From assembly GCA_038496445.1 (NCBI GenBank), contig JALMLS010000156.1, forward strand, positions 62,001-126,000: a DNA stretch of 64,000 nt, given 5' to 3'. The notes below the pieces were generated by a model. That model was not told the origin of the DNA and made no database searches. It worked only from the letters and a program-made list of their open reading frames with translations. This document shows, in pieces, positions 14,183 through 27,719 of this stretch (position 1 is the first letter of the stretch; each line of letters starts with the position of its first letter). Origin of the DNA: Trichosphaerium sp. ATCC 40318. Its lineage: Eukaryota; Protista; Tubulinea. The translations under genes were made by a program, and so were the position numbers.

Positions 14183-15506
14183 TTATTCCTCGATGCTTTC
14201 TTCATCTTCTGCAAGACCAACAGCCTTTAGACTAAGATTATAGAAATCTTCAGCTATCTTGTCATTTCTAGCATAAGGACGTGGTGTCATCTCCTATCGA
14301 AGAAGAAGCTGTCAATATCCAGGTCTTCAACAAATTTTTTTGACTTACCCTGGAATCTGAGTAATACTTTCCACCAACACCATCAAGTTTTGGAGAGCAT
14401 GCTACATATAACGTTGTAGCTGCACCTTGTGCCGGACTTTTCTCTTCTGGAAGGATAGATTTCAAGCAACCCATACATCCGTTGTGCCTCCATAACTTTG
14501 TACGAACAATACCTGGATGAACTGCATTTATTGTTGCATCTGATTCATGCTCCAATAGTACTTTTTGCATGTGAACAGTGAACAGAATATTAGCCGTTTT
14601 AGACGCTCCGTATGCCTAAAAACACAATAAATCAATAACGACTATTACCAAAAAAATGCTAGAGCAACCGTCAAGAGGAGCCAACTTTTGAAAGAAAAAC
14701 TTCAATCAAAAAAGGGTTTTGTCGTGTCAGTGTACCTTCCACGTGTTAAAACTTCTATTTTCCCAATTAATGTCATCAAGGTTCACAGCAGACCACGTGT
14801 GTGCAAGTGATGATAAAGTGATTATTCTTGCAGCATCAGCAGCGACAATAGAAGGCAATAAAAGATGTGTAAGTAAAAAATGACCAAAGTGATTCACAGC
14901 CATATGTGTCTCAAATCCGTCCTCAGTCTTTCCCTTTGGACATGCCATTATCCCTTTATTACTTTAACGGTAATTAATAAACGTATAAGAGTACCTGCAT
15001 TGAGAATCAAGAAATCAATAGTTTTTTCCTTTTTTAGGATTTTCTTGGCGCATTTGCGTACTGACTTTAGTGACGATAGATCAAGCTACAATGACATTTT
15101 ATAAGCGATTATTAGAAGCATACGACTGTTGCGTTTGATGACGTACAACTACGTTTTTGATCTGTGCTTCAGGAACGCTCGCTTTTATCTTCGCAACAGC
15201 CTTATTTGCCTTGTCAACGTTACGACACGCGATAATAACTCTCGCATTGTGTTTTACTAATACTCTCGCTGTTTCGTATCCAATACCAGTGTTGGCGCCT
15301 AAAGAACAGTGGTCAGAAGAGATTGCCAGAAAGAGACAAATAATTCAACAATTGCAGTTCACTCGGTATTACTTTACGCCGGCGTTGAGCTCTATTACGT
15401 TACCTGTAACAATGGCTAGTTTATCTGTAAGGTCAATACCATAAAACGATGCAACATTGTCTGCGGTTGATCTAGGTCCAATGGTGGTGCTATTACTACC
15501 TCCCAT
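14183..15506 (-). CDS. Short-chain dehydrogenase/reductase (RDH11-14/WWOX-like)
   Basis: AIVTG-ANTGIGYETARVL, LILNAG, VNHFGHFLLT, AYGASKTAN (YxxxK), VHPGIVRT, QGAATTLY; N-terminal MGGSNS is myristoylation-like. Confidence 0.93.
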
Positions 15507-15603
15507 AACGTTCTGCGGGTACGATGGCTTCAAATACAAAAAACGGTCTGAATTGGTCGTAACGTAAATAAAAAGCCATAAAAAGCAATCTGATCCACAG
15601 TGT
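15507..15603. promoter_or_regulatory. Bidirectional promoter (SDR / class C GPCR)
   Basis: 97 bp between divergent ATGs. Confidence 0.55.
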
Positions 15604-18600
15604 ATGTCGACTTCTTGCATTGTCATTGTATTGGCGACGCTTCAGATTGTTTTGGCAGCTGCACCAATAGCTGGAGGACCAGGTCATGCGGCGACCTCAT
15701 ATGATATAGGAGATTACCTCACAGCTTCAAACGTCCAATTATTCGGCAGTCCTGATTTTACTGTTGAATATTGGATTAATACCAAGAGCCCAACACGCTT
15801 CCAGACTGTTTTCTCGTATGCTGTAGCTCGTGGAGCTGGAAGTAAGCGTGTCGGACAATTTGACGACCAAAGGTACCTAAAAAAACTTCCAACAACGTTT
15901 TCAAACGCCATAAAACACGAAAAAAAAACTTTTTATTGCCTTCAATCACAAAAAAAAGCCAAACATCAACTAACGAATATGTTTTTGATTTTTTGCGTTT
16001 CGTTTCGCTAGAAATGGAATAACAATAATATCAGTCGCATAGAAATACTGCGTTCTAACTACACCTATTCTCTCCGTTACTATTGTTGTGTTTAACGCAA
16101 TTAATGTTTGTTTTTAGGTTCACTGCAAATCATGGTCCAGGATTCTTTGTTATATTCACTCTGGACTCTACAATAGTGCTACCACCCAGGCTAGATGAGG
16201 GATGGCAACATTACGCTTACACTTATAATACTGCGTCTAATATATTTCGCATGTACCAGGTAATGTTATCCAATATGGTTTTCAATTTTGCAACGATGGA
16301 CGCAGCTAGTTTGCATGAAAAAATGAAAATATTTTTTGCAACTATTTCTATTGCCGAGAAAAAGATCCTAAAAATGGAATCATTTTTATGGTTTTCAATT
16401 TAATGGTTTGATTTAGAATGGTATAATGGACTATAATGGTACTTTATCATCAAGAGATACTGTACCAGGAGTAGAGAGTGGTGGTACTCTTGTTATTGGG
16501 CAAGAACAGGTATATACATGTTTACATAAAAAAAACATCCGAAAAGATGTAATCGACACAACACTGAAAATTAATCAATTAAGGATACTGCTGGAGGTGC
16601 TTTTGATGCTGGATCTTCTTGGTTTGGTTCAATAGACGAACTCCGAGTATGGAGCTCTACTAGAACTGGTATGACACGTTTTTTGGAATTATTTACTTAT
16701 TTCTTTAAATAGCCCAAGATATAGAGCAAAACTATCGTGTAGGACTCTCAGGATCAGCGTTAAGTGATCCAAACCTTCAAGCATTATATAACTTTGAAAA
16801 TTATGATGCTATAAATAAAAAGGTTCGTCTTGTTGTTTGTCACCTAATTTGATTCTGATTTTTTATTTTAGTTTCCAAATGTGGCTGGTAGTCGAGATGA
16901 CTTATATGTTGGTCATTGGGATACAGTTGCAGATACATACACAGTAGGAAATACTACAACACGTGGTCCTATTTCCGCAGCATCTTCAGCTCCTATAACA
17001 GATCCAACGCAATCTACCATAATCTACTCAACTGTAGGTGATGAACAGGTACGATCACATACTGTAATCCTTGAAATTGAACAGTATTTTAGGTCGTAAC
17101 ATTAAATGCTTACGATCCAGACGGAAATTCACTTACGTACACTATTGATACCTTGCCTACCCAAGGTTTCTTGCATACTACTAGTGGTACAACAAAATTA
17201 TCTCTCATCAGTACAACTGGGTCTTGTACGTAGTTTGCTTTTCATCTTTTGGCTCATTCGTAGCCTTCATCGATGAGCTTGACTTATTTGATTTCAATAG
17301 TTCTTGTTGGTAATAAGGTCATTTATGAACCAACTGGTGGTGGATCTGTTAGTGATAGCTTTGTTTATCGTGTATCTGATGGGTCCAGCTCTGTTACAGG
17401 TAAACTAAGCTTGTAAATCGTTGCCTTGATTAACTCGTCTAGGTACTGTTTCTGTCCTTCAGAGTACTCCACCTGTTGCTATACCTGCAACATACACCTC
17501 AGGTAACAAAGTGGTCTTAATAGAAGATTATCACGTGTTTACTTACTTCTGTGTAGATGAGGATTTAGACTTGACTGTTAGTTTGGGTTGTAAAGATGCT
17601 GATGGAGATCTCTTAATAGCTCATATCAAAACTTTACCAGCAACTGGAGTACTATTCCAGGCCAATACCTCAGGCGTCGTAGTGACCAAAGGTACGCCGA
17701 GCTTTTGGTTGTTGTTTTTGTTATCGCTTTTTAATTTTTCTTCTCAGGTGCCAGGCTTTTATCATCAAACATACAAGTCTCAAGCTCATCGAATACAATT
17801 ATATATGAGCCTCTTTTAAATGGAGCTGATATACAAACAACTTTTACGTATACATGTGCAGACCCCTCTGGTAGTGAATCAACAGAACAAGAAGTATCTA
17901 TTACTATAGAATCTTTTGACGATTTGGTATACTAAATTCGAGAACTGACTTTTTCTCACCGTACCCGTAGGCTTTAGTTGGTGGTAGTATGTATGCAATG
18001 AGTTTTACAGGTGTTGGATCCGAAACAGTTTTGTTCACAACAAGTAATACAGTACCTACTGTATATGGTATTGACTTGTGGATAAAACCAAAGGTACTAA
18101 ACCTTTCTGAATTTGTTTTTCTTCAAATTCTCGTTCTCAATTTCTTCCTTCTTTGTTTTTTTTTTATAAATCCACGTTTTCTGTATATCACAATAGTAAG
18201 GCGAAAAAATGATGTGCTTGAAATTATTTTTGGTTGTTGCTAGTATTCGTAAAATTGCTATTTTTATCTTTTTTTTTTCAAGTGAGTTTTTAACGTTATT
18301 TAAGGCCGGTTCGCCTATGGCTATTCTTGCAACACCTAGATTCGAGATTGCACTTGCTGTAGGTTCTGACTCGAATACTTTTGGTGTATTTTCTAGATAC
18401 ACTAATAATGCTAACGCTGTCGTTACAACGTCAGTATTTGGCACTCTTGTTGCTGAAGAGTGGACTCATATCGCTGTTGATATTTCACAAATGAATGGAT
18501 TCACTTTTTACATAAACAAAGAACAAGTCGGTATGACGGGCGTACGTAATGTCAATAGGATAGATTTTGGTACTGGACTATCTATTGGTGGTTCTGCAAC

Positions 18601-21600
18601 GAATGGTTACTACGCGGGACAAGTTGATGAGGTAAGAGACCTTTAAGCATATCCACAAAGTTGGTGCTAACTTTTTGCGAAAGGTTCGTCTCTGGCGTCA
18701 ACCATTTGACCAAGAAACCGTAGCATGGTCTTACAAGCATCTCCTTACTGGGATGGAACAAGATCTTATTGCTGGTTGGGGTTTTAATGAAGGCATTGGT
18801 ACAACCACAGCAGATATCGGAACTCTTAATATTAAGTATGTCATTTCTCATACTTCTTGAGAAAAAACCCAATAACATTTTCATAGTGGCGTACTCAGTG
18901 GTACTACTGTATTACCTGCATGGATAACATCAACTCTCCCTGGACATAATTCTGTTGTTCTACAAGAAGACAGTGAAGGTGTTTTCTTTAGAGTACCGTA
19001 TGTTGACGTTGAAGGTGATAGAGTTGCAGCTGTTGTTCTTAAATTACCAACCAAAGGAACTCTATTCCAAGTGCGTTATATAATAGCTAGATAATGTGTT
19101 AGTATGAAAAGCGCTAAAGGCGCCTCGTAGGTAAACGCTGATGGGTCTGTTGGCGCTGAGTTTAAGAGAACAGATTTCTATCAATCTTGGCTTTCTGATC
19201 AACCTCCAATAGCTCAATGGGTATCCAATGCTACCAATTGGTCTTCTCAATGGGGATCTGGCCCAGCATATTGGGCTTCACAATTGATTGGGGAACCAGA
19301 GACTTTCGATCCTACAAGAACAAGGCAACAAAGCGGGTACAGACTGTTTGAGCTGCAAACTCGAGATCTCGTAAATACGGCATAAAAAAGCTTACGACTT
19401 TTTTTAGTGATAGTGCCTTAGCATGGTCTCCTTTGACACAATGCGCGAGAGAGTGGTCACGTGAGTATTTATATAATAGCTTTATATATTACCTCCAGGT
19501 TTTTTCTAATGCAATGTATAGTGAATGCTACCTCTGTTGAGTTTGTTGAATTTGAATTTGAAGAAGAAGTTTTTGTTACTGGATTTGAGTTTTATGAAAG
19601 TTACAATCCTGGAGCCGTAGCGGAGATATACCTACTAGATGGTGATGGTAACTGGGTTGAACTTTACAATGAAGGATTCAGGACGCTTCCTAACGAATAC
19701 AATGTATTCAGACCAGACATTCAGTGTCAGCGTGAGTTGTTTTGGTTTTTAATTCTATTTCTAACTTTTTGGATATTTTTAGGCTTGTTCCAAACAAGAA
19801 AGGTTAGAATTGTTCATGATACATGTAATGCTAATGGTTGGAATGAAATTGATGCTATTTTAATGACAGGCGTCAAGTATAAGAAAGCAGTACGTAAAAA
19901 AGGAGAATGCAGCTGGGTTTTTTCTTGGTTATCCATTAATAATTTAACAATTATACTAGGGCGTCATTGAGAACTCTAACGGTATCCTATTCTATAAACC
20001 AGATCAAGATGCAAATGGTGAAGATGAAATTGAGTACCGTGCTATTGATTGCCCTTATCAAGTAGAACGAGAAAGTCTTTCGGGATTCATTACTTGTACA
20101 TGTTTTCTTTTTAGTTAGTTTGATTGTTCCTCAACCACTCATGTATTTTTTAGTCGAGATTACTCCTGTAAATGATTTTCCTACTGTACCAAAGAACCTT
20201 ACAGTTTCAGCTACATCTCATGTAGATCAAATGATTTATTTGGACGCAACGGATATTGATAGTCCAAATGTAACACTTACAATCACAAGATTTCCAACAA
20301 AAGGTGAATTATATGCCGTACGCTGTCCTCTTTTATTTTTTTTATGGCTATTATATCTTAGCAATTACCCACTATTTTCCTTCTCCGGTCTCTTTTGACT
20401 GATGACATGATAGTGCGACTATAGACCCAAAACATTCTTTTTTTTTTCTCCCTTTTTTATTCGATTACCCTTTTGCTTTGAAAAACCTCGGTAAACTCAC
20501 TCTGTTTCTAGATGGATGCTTCGAATAATACCATTGGTAATCTAAAACAGATACCGTAAGTTTCTAACATGGGTTTGTTGTATTGAAACCTATAAGTAAC
20601 AGCCGTATTATTCACTTATCTTTCTTTTTTTTTTAGTGCTTCAGCTATTCTCGAAAATATGGTAATCACTTACCAACACGTTGAAGGCAGTTGCGGTATT
20701 GCTTTTGATACATTTAGTTTCCAAATTTGCGATGGTTCATTATGTTCAAACACCTCTGAGGTACGTCATGTTTTCATTTGTTAGACACCCAAGCAAACAA
20801 TTTTTCTGCTCCTTTGTTACTTTTGTTTTGTTTGTGGCCTAGCATGGCCTTTTGTTAAAACAATCCTTGTGCATTTGTAGCCCTTTTGTTGTTGATTGTT
20901 CTTTGGTTAGATGACAATTGATATGTTCTGTCAACCTGGTGAGGATGTAATTCCACAATACATCAATTATATATTCGGAGCTGTTGCTGGTTTATTAATA
21001 CTACTTGCACTTGGACTACTCATAGTCACATTCTACGCAGGTGTTATTGCTGGTGTACCTCAGTTCAAGGTATGCATCCAATACTTTATCACATGATACT
21101 TCGATAAACGACCAAACGTTTGCTTATTTTCTATTTATAGATTGCTACCCCTAAATTTTTGATGATAATCATTGTTGGTGGTATTATCGCTTATAGTACA
21201 GTGTTTGTATGGATGCTTGATGTAACAAATATAACATGTGTTGCACGTGTATGGACGCTAGCTCTTGGTACTACCCTCATGTTTACGTAAGTATAAAACA
21301 ACTGCAAAAAAAATTTTCAACTTCAAAATTTGGCTTGACACTGTTCCTAGTGGTATGTTTGTAAAGACATGGCGTATTTTTAAAATCTTCCGTAATAAGT
21401 CTATGAAGACTTTTAAAGTACCTGAGTGGAAATTATGGGCTATAACAGGTGTTGTGATGGTACGCTCATTGAACCTTTGACGTCTATGTTACTGGTTATT
21501 GATTTTTTTTGTAGCTTGTTGCTGTTATTATTCTACTCATTTTCACGTTTGTTGATGCACCTAAAGTGCAATCTAATACTGACCCTGGAAATCGGGCAAA

Positions 21601-22376
21601 AACATTCTTGACATGTACTACTAATTACTGGACTATGGGAGCTTTAATAGCTGCAATGGTATGATGACAAAGTTACCAATTCTTCACAAAAAACCTAAAA
21701 AATTAACACATTTTTTTAAAAGGCTATCCTTGTTATCTGGGGTGTATTCTTAGGTATAGGAGTTAGAAAAGTTAGCTCTGTTTACAATGAGAGCCGTTTT
21801 ATTGGTATCAGTATATACGGCTTTGCGTTCATTGCAACAATTGCTGTACGTTGTTTTTTTTGTTGCTAAATGGTTTTTTTTCTACTTCCCTTGTTTACTT
21901 TTTTAAAGGTTCCAACACTTATCTTGGTAAACGCAAACCCTCTACAAGTGTTTGTTATAATATCTATTTGCGTAATGCTTGCAGTTACAACTAGTATTTG
22001 GGTTCTCTTTACACCTAAGCTTATATCTTGGGCAAAAAGAGAAGACCTAAAAGCAAAGCATTCAAGAAACATGAAGAAAGGTCAGTCCAGCATTAAACAT
22101 ACGAGTACTGCTGCAAGTATGTTGGACTCAAAGGCTAGTGTTGACACTCTAAGACAAAAGCTTATTGATAAGAACGTTGAGTTGCAAGAGTACATAGACT
22201 TAAGTGAAAAACAAGCAAGAAAACTTAAAATGTTAAAATCAAAATTGAAAGGAAAGTCAGATGCAGGAGATGGAATGGTTGTTAATGTAGAAATGTCAGA
22301 TTCAGAGTATGATACTGAGGAGTCTTCAGAAGATAGTGATGTTGATGATAGATCTGAATCTGTTATTGATGCTTAA
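15604..22376 (+). CDS. Class C (GABA-B/Grl-like, 7tm_3) GPCR with very large pentraxin/LamG + Ig/cadherin-like ectodomain
   Basis: Signal peptide; pentraxin motif GGTLVIGQEQD..DELRVW; repeats like LNAYDPDGNSLTYTIDTLPTQG; 7TM motifs PKFLMIIIVGG, CVARVW, MFVKTWRIFKIF, YNESRFIGISIY, LFTPK; C-terminal coiled coil. Confidence 0.88.
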
Positions 22377-22975
22377 GAATGATAAGTTTCTTTGTTGTAA
22401 GTAATAAATTAGTAAACAAAAATTGTCACAAACATCGCTTTTTAGTCTGTTTGGACCAAACCTAGGTACTTGTCATCTTTCAACAAATGAGTGAAACTTG
22501 ATTCCGAATTATGTTCTTACCGACTGCATAGTCTATATGACTGAACATTTGAACTATACGGACCAGATCTGACGACAGAAGCATTACAACAACCCTTCAT
22601 TTTGCAAGCACAAACTTGGAATAGTTGGTGCAAGGATTAGTGAATCTAGAGGCTTCTAATGTCTTTTGAAATTAGCACTATTGATGAATCCAATCAAACG
22701 CTTGAAATTCATGCTGTGTATATTGCAGAAGTTATTGAAAGTTTGTCTTGTATGGATCCTTGAAGTATCCATACAGTATCACTCAGCGTTGATCCAGAGA
22801 CTCAAGTTGCTTAATCTTAAACACCTGTAACTTTCGGGTGGTTAATGGTTAAACAAAAGTCAGCAAAGGACATAAGAACAAAACAAGAAAATACAGAATG
22901 AGAATTTATTCAGACCTTTTTTATTACTATCAACACCTGAAGGGTACAAGTATACCAAAAATAATGACGCCTTAA

Positions 22976-24365
22976 TTAAGTTGATTTTATGTTGTATCTC
23001 CATTTCTTCGAACCATCCCATCCAATATGTTCACATACTGCTCCAGAAGTAATCGACTGTACAATGATACCGTGCTTTCCTCGTATTTGAAGCTTCGAGA
23101 AATGTGTGCTCATTCCGACACCTAAGCTATCTATACATGTTTCCCATATGGTGTTACCTGCTATGTCAACTAGCTTCACACCCACATCGCTCTCATCCAT
23201 CATTGGATGCATCACCAATAAAATACAACCATTGGAAAAATGATAATCAAATGCAACAAATCCTGTCATTATTTTAGTCTTCCACACTAGAGTAAATATA
23301 TTGTTGTCTTCTTTATACTTGTGCATAAATTCATTACTTGTTATAAACAAATAATCACCTTGAGCGGCGACATGGCGCACATTGTGATACAACTTACTAA
23401 CTTCTTTTCCAGTTTGAATATCAAGGACTACAGTATTTTCTGCTGTTCTATCCGAACCATAAACAAACTTATCCTTTACAGAAATCATACTTGGTGATTC
23501 CCCTGGAGGATACAAGTGTATCATATCCTTGGTCCACAACATAGAACCTAAGAGAACAATCTATCAATGAAACAAAAGGCAACAATGAAAAAAGAAAGAA
23601 AAAACTTTCACAGTTTAACTGAATAAGGATCTGTCGTACCATCCTTAATATTCACAGCATGCATACACCTCGTTTTTAAATCCATAGCTCTACTCCTATC
23701 TATCAAAATCATGATAGCGTTTTGATCGCAATTTTGAAGGTAAACGTCAATTGAACTTGTAAAGCCTTTTAACTCAATACTCCACACTTTTTGTTTGGTT
23801 TTTTTACAAAACCCAGCGTATGAATGTATTCCTCTATCCAGGAGAATATCACCGCAATAATCTAGCCTACCTTGATTTGTAATTTCTCTCCACATATCAC
23901 GATCAATGTCAGGTTGGGTATGATAGTGATAATCCATCGAAAGAGGTGGCGATTTGATCGCTTCTCCTGTTTTGATATTTAAGATCTTTTCAAACTTAAC
24001 TCCCCTCATATACCATACTACTCTGCATTGACTCTAAAATCACGTGCTTAGCAACTAAAGCACGTGGGTCATAATTAAAGGAGACTTACCCGATATTGTT
24101 CCTCCAAATGACGCGCAAAACAGAGGTATTGTAATCCATCAAAGTTGGATATATCAACTCCAAGTTTTGGTGGCCATTCGCACATTGGACCGTAAAACAA
24201 AGGATTGTCCCATTTCGCTTTAAATAACTGTTTCGCTCCCTTTGGAGAACATATTATATTACGTGCTCTCTTGTGACTGCTTGAGAATGCTATGATCGCT
24301 GTAAAACTACTTGTTTGCTCCATAACCGCCAAAAGGGTTTCTGGAAGGTTGAATACTGTCTCCAT
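22976..24365 (-). CDS. F-box-like N-terminus + PQQ/WD-like beta-propeller protein (3 exons)
   Basis: FNLPETLLAVMEQTSSFTAIIAFSSSHKRARNII; repeated motifs LNIKTGE, KVWS, LDIQTGKE, GNTIWE, DGSKKWRY. Confidence 0.55.
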
Positions 24366-24846
24366 GGTCTGTGAGATGGTGCCAACGACTTGCTAACGTA
24401 TAAGATTGGTGAAAAAATGTATTAAGGGAGCCTCGTAGTCACATGTCATTCATCAAGAAATTCCGCTTTGTGTTAGTTAAGCCATGCTTCTCCTTACATC
24501 ACACTTGTGCGTACTACGCTAAAACTACTCGTCAGAAAACCGCTACCAAAACAAAAAATAATCTGTCATTCATCATGAAAGTCTATTGTTCAATACTTAC
24601 TTTACTATTTAGCTATTTATCGCTTCACATATGTTGAGTAATAAAAAATGTATAACTATTTGTGTATGTTCGGTATAACCAGACAAATATCACGTGTTAC
24701 TATTTGCGCGACTTTGTGACATACTCTAAGCTCTGCTAGTACCGTATTAACTTGTCTGCTAATGTTATCCTTTATTTATCGTGTTATTATTAGAGTTTGG
24801 TTTACAGCCTAACTTTCTCTTTTTGTTTCTGCTGTCATCTCATTCT

Positions 24847-26610
24847 TCATAAAATAGTATTCACTTTTTTATCAGCCTTGAAATAGCGATGATAAAATAA
24901 GTTACCGCTTATATTCCACTGTTTGAATTCACCTTCTTGTAAACCTTGCTTGAAATTGCCTTGTAGGCTTATCTGACCGTTGTTGTGCCACTGCTTGAGT
25001 TCACCTTCTCGTTTGTCATCTTTAAAATGACATTGCAGGCTTAATTGACCGTTGTCATGCCACTCCTTGAATTCACCTTCTTTTTTATCATCTTTGTAAT
25101 GACCTTGACCGCTTAATTGACCATTGTCATACCACCGTTTGAGTTCACCTTCTTTTTTACCATCTTTGAAATGACTTTGAACGCTTAATTGACCGTTGTC
25201 ATGCCACTCTTTGAGCTCGCCTTCTTTTTTACCTTCTTTGAAATAACATTGGCTTAATTGACCATTGTCATACCACTGTTTGCATTCACCCTCAAGCATG
25301 TTGTTTTTGTAGCTATGGAAATGCTGTTGGCTTCCATCTTCATTCCATAACTTACTAACACCTTCTTTCATACCATCTTTGTAAAATAAGTGGATCTGTA
25401 AATTACCGTTTTGATACCACACTGCATTTTCACCTTCATACATGTCTTGTTTAAAATGTCCTTGACACTTTAATTGACCATTATCATACCACTCCTTGTA
25501 TTCGCCCTCTTTTTTGCCGTCTTTGAAATGATAATGCAGAAACAATTGACCATTGCCATACCACTGTTTGACCTCACCTTCTCTTTTACCATCTTTGAAA
25601 TGACCGTGAATGCTTAATTGACCATTGTCGTGCCACTCTTTGAGTTCACCTTCTTTTTTACCTTCTTTGAAATAACTTTGAATGCTTAATTGGCCGTTGT
25701 CATACCACTCTTTGTTTTCACCCTCTTTTTTGTCCTCTTTGTAATGGCATTGTACTCTTAATTGACCATTGTCATACCACTCTTTGTGTTCACCGTCACA
25801 CATGTCTTCTTTTAAAAGGCATTGTATGAATATTTGGCCATTGTCGCGCCACTCTTTGTATTCGCCCACTTTTTTGTCATCCTTGTAATGACATTGTATG
25901 AATAATTGACCATTGTCACGCCACTCTTTGTATTCACCGTCACACATGTCTTCTTTGTAATGACATTGTATGAATAATTGTCCGTTGTCATGCCATTTTT
26001 TGTATCCACCCTCTCGTTTATCGTCCTTACAATGCCATCTTACACTAAGAATACCATTTTTATGCCAATACTTGCCTTCCCCTTGTATTCGTTTATGATC
26101 ATCTAAGTAATATTGCCCTGACAACTGAACATTCTCATAAAACTCTTCGAACAATCCTTTCTTGTCTCCTCTTAAGTATAGCCGCATTTTAACCTTTTTG
26201 CTGTTTTCATAAAACTCCTAAAAAAACCGTTTTGGTAAAAAAAACACGTGACCAGTTTAAATTATACCAAAAAACGTAATTTTATCTCCGAGATGCAAAG
26301 TGGGTTACGTACCTCCTGTATATCTTGTGTAGGTATAAAATTACCAGCGTCAGTTGAGTAGAATCGCAAAGGAGAACGCAATACCATCGCGCTTGCAGTA
26401 TTTACTATGTGACGGCAATGTAATGAACCACACAATTGTAATATTTTAGACTCGCATATTCTAGGCTTGTACTGTGATTGTCGTATCGCAACGTTAGGTA
26501 TTTTATAGCTGCTAATTATCTTAGGACACCTACTAACCGTAACACATCCTAAAAACGGTGAGATACAGGCAAGCTCATTTTCTTTGTCTATTGTACGTAC
26601 GTAGCAACAT
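24847..26610 (-). CDS. MORN-variant (YwqK-like) repeat protein with predicted mitochondrial presequence
   Basis: Two upstream exons (ATG 26610; GTACGT donors; AG acceptors near 26549 and 26218) join in frame to the 446-aa ORF. The N-terminus MLLRCVTVSRCPK...LRSPLRFYSTD is followed by about 17 repeats of EGExKEWxDNGQLxxQxxFKDGKK. Confidence 0.85.
24860..26085 (-). repeat. Coding 72-bp tandem repeat array (about 17 units)
   Basis: 24-aa periodicity; near-identical DNA blocks, e.g. about 25186-25248 vs about 25615-25677. Confidence 0.92.
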
Positions 26611-27197
26611 ACTTGTAGCCCTCAGTGTTGCGGCTTAACCCATTTGGGAGATTCCTTTGTAGCTGGTAATATTTTTAAGAGTCTATAATAACGCCCTTCC
26701 GGTAAAATGAATAATTTGAATATTCAAATACACAAATATTCATTAGTCACTAAAAAAATTCATTTGATTCCCAACGTGATAAAGACTTTACTAGTCCAAT
26801 CGAATGGGATCAAAGTATTGTGCATGTTGACAACAATACAATCCAAATAAGACACATAACATTAATACGAAGGAAAAAGTAAAACAAAGATGTAGGAAAG
26901 AGTCAATAACAAGATCTAATACAAACGCAAGTTGCTGAGAATATCCATAACAGAGCGCTTAATCCGGGTGCTTGTCCACACAAATGAACAAGTGGCTGTT
27001 TTGCGCGACACAGTCAAAAGCCGTCACCGAAAAAGTAACTTAACCGATATTAGCTTTGACACATAATTTCTACATAAATCATTCTACATAACCAGAGATA
27101 TAACACGCTGAATATTTCTTGTTATTGCAAATAAAAAGTATTGTCACCTAATAGAAAAGCGTTCGTTATTCTCACTTTTATAGCAAGTACTCGTTTA

Positions 27198-27719
27198 TTA
27201 CAGTACATTGTTAATTTCATTGGTTTGCGTTATGACAAGTAAAAATAGTATCAAGAAAACAAGGATTGTTGTTAGACAGTAACTCCAACATCTACCACTT
27301 CTTCGTTCAAGTCTGATTCTGTCTATTTTCTGGTCTAAATCATACAACATGCACTTAATTAGAACGTTGTTCCTCTCCTCGGGTTCTACCTTTCTCTGCT
27401 TAAGAACCAAAGGGTTAAAAATACCTGGAACAAAGATACAAAGTAAATCAGATGGCTGATGCATCGTAACAGTTGGTTTTTCCCTCTGAAGAAGCCTCTC
27501 CACAAGTTTAATGCTCCAAGCGTCTGTTTCTGTTGCAACAGAAAAAACGCTGCCATTTCTAATAGCTTCAACAATGAGAGTATTCTATGCGAACAGCAAA
27601 TCAGTAAAGTGTATGGCAAATAAGATACATACACCCGTGAAAATTAAGGTTATAATGTAGCCATCTCTCAAGTATTTAGTAATAATCAGTTCATTAGAGT
27701 AGTCTTCTTCTTCTGACAT
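27198..27719 (-). CDS. Uncharacterised tail-anchored membrane protein (2 exons)
   Basis: MSEEEDYS..IFTG spliced to NTLIVEAI..; short coiled coil, then C-terminal TM LTTILVFLILFLLVI. Confidence 0.55.

Noticed and set aside
24847-26187. Diversity-generating retroelement target
   Set aside because: No reverse transcriptase or separate template repeat in the window; variation is spread over all repeats rather than one variable region.
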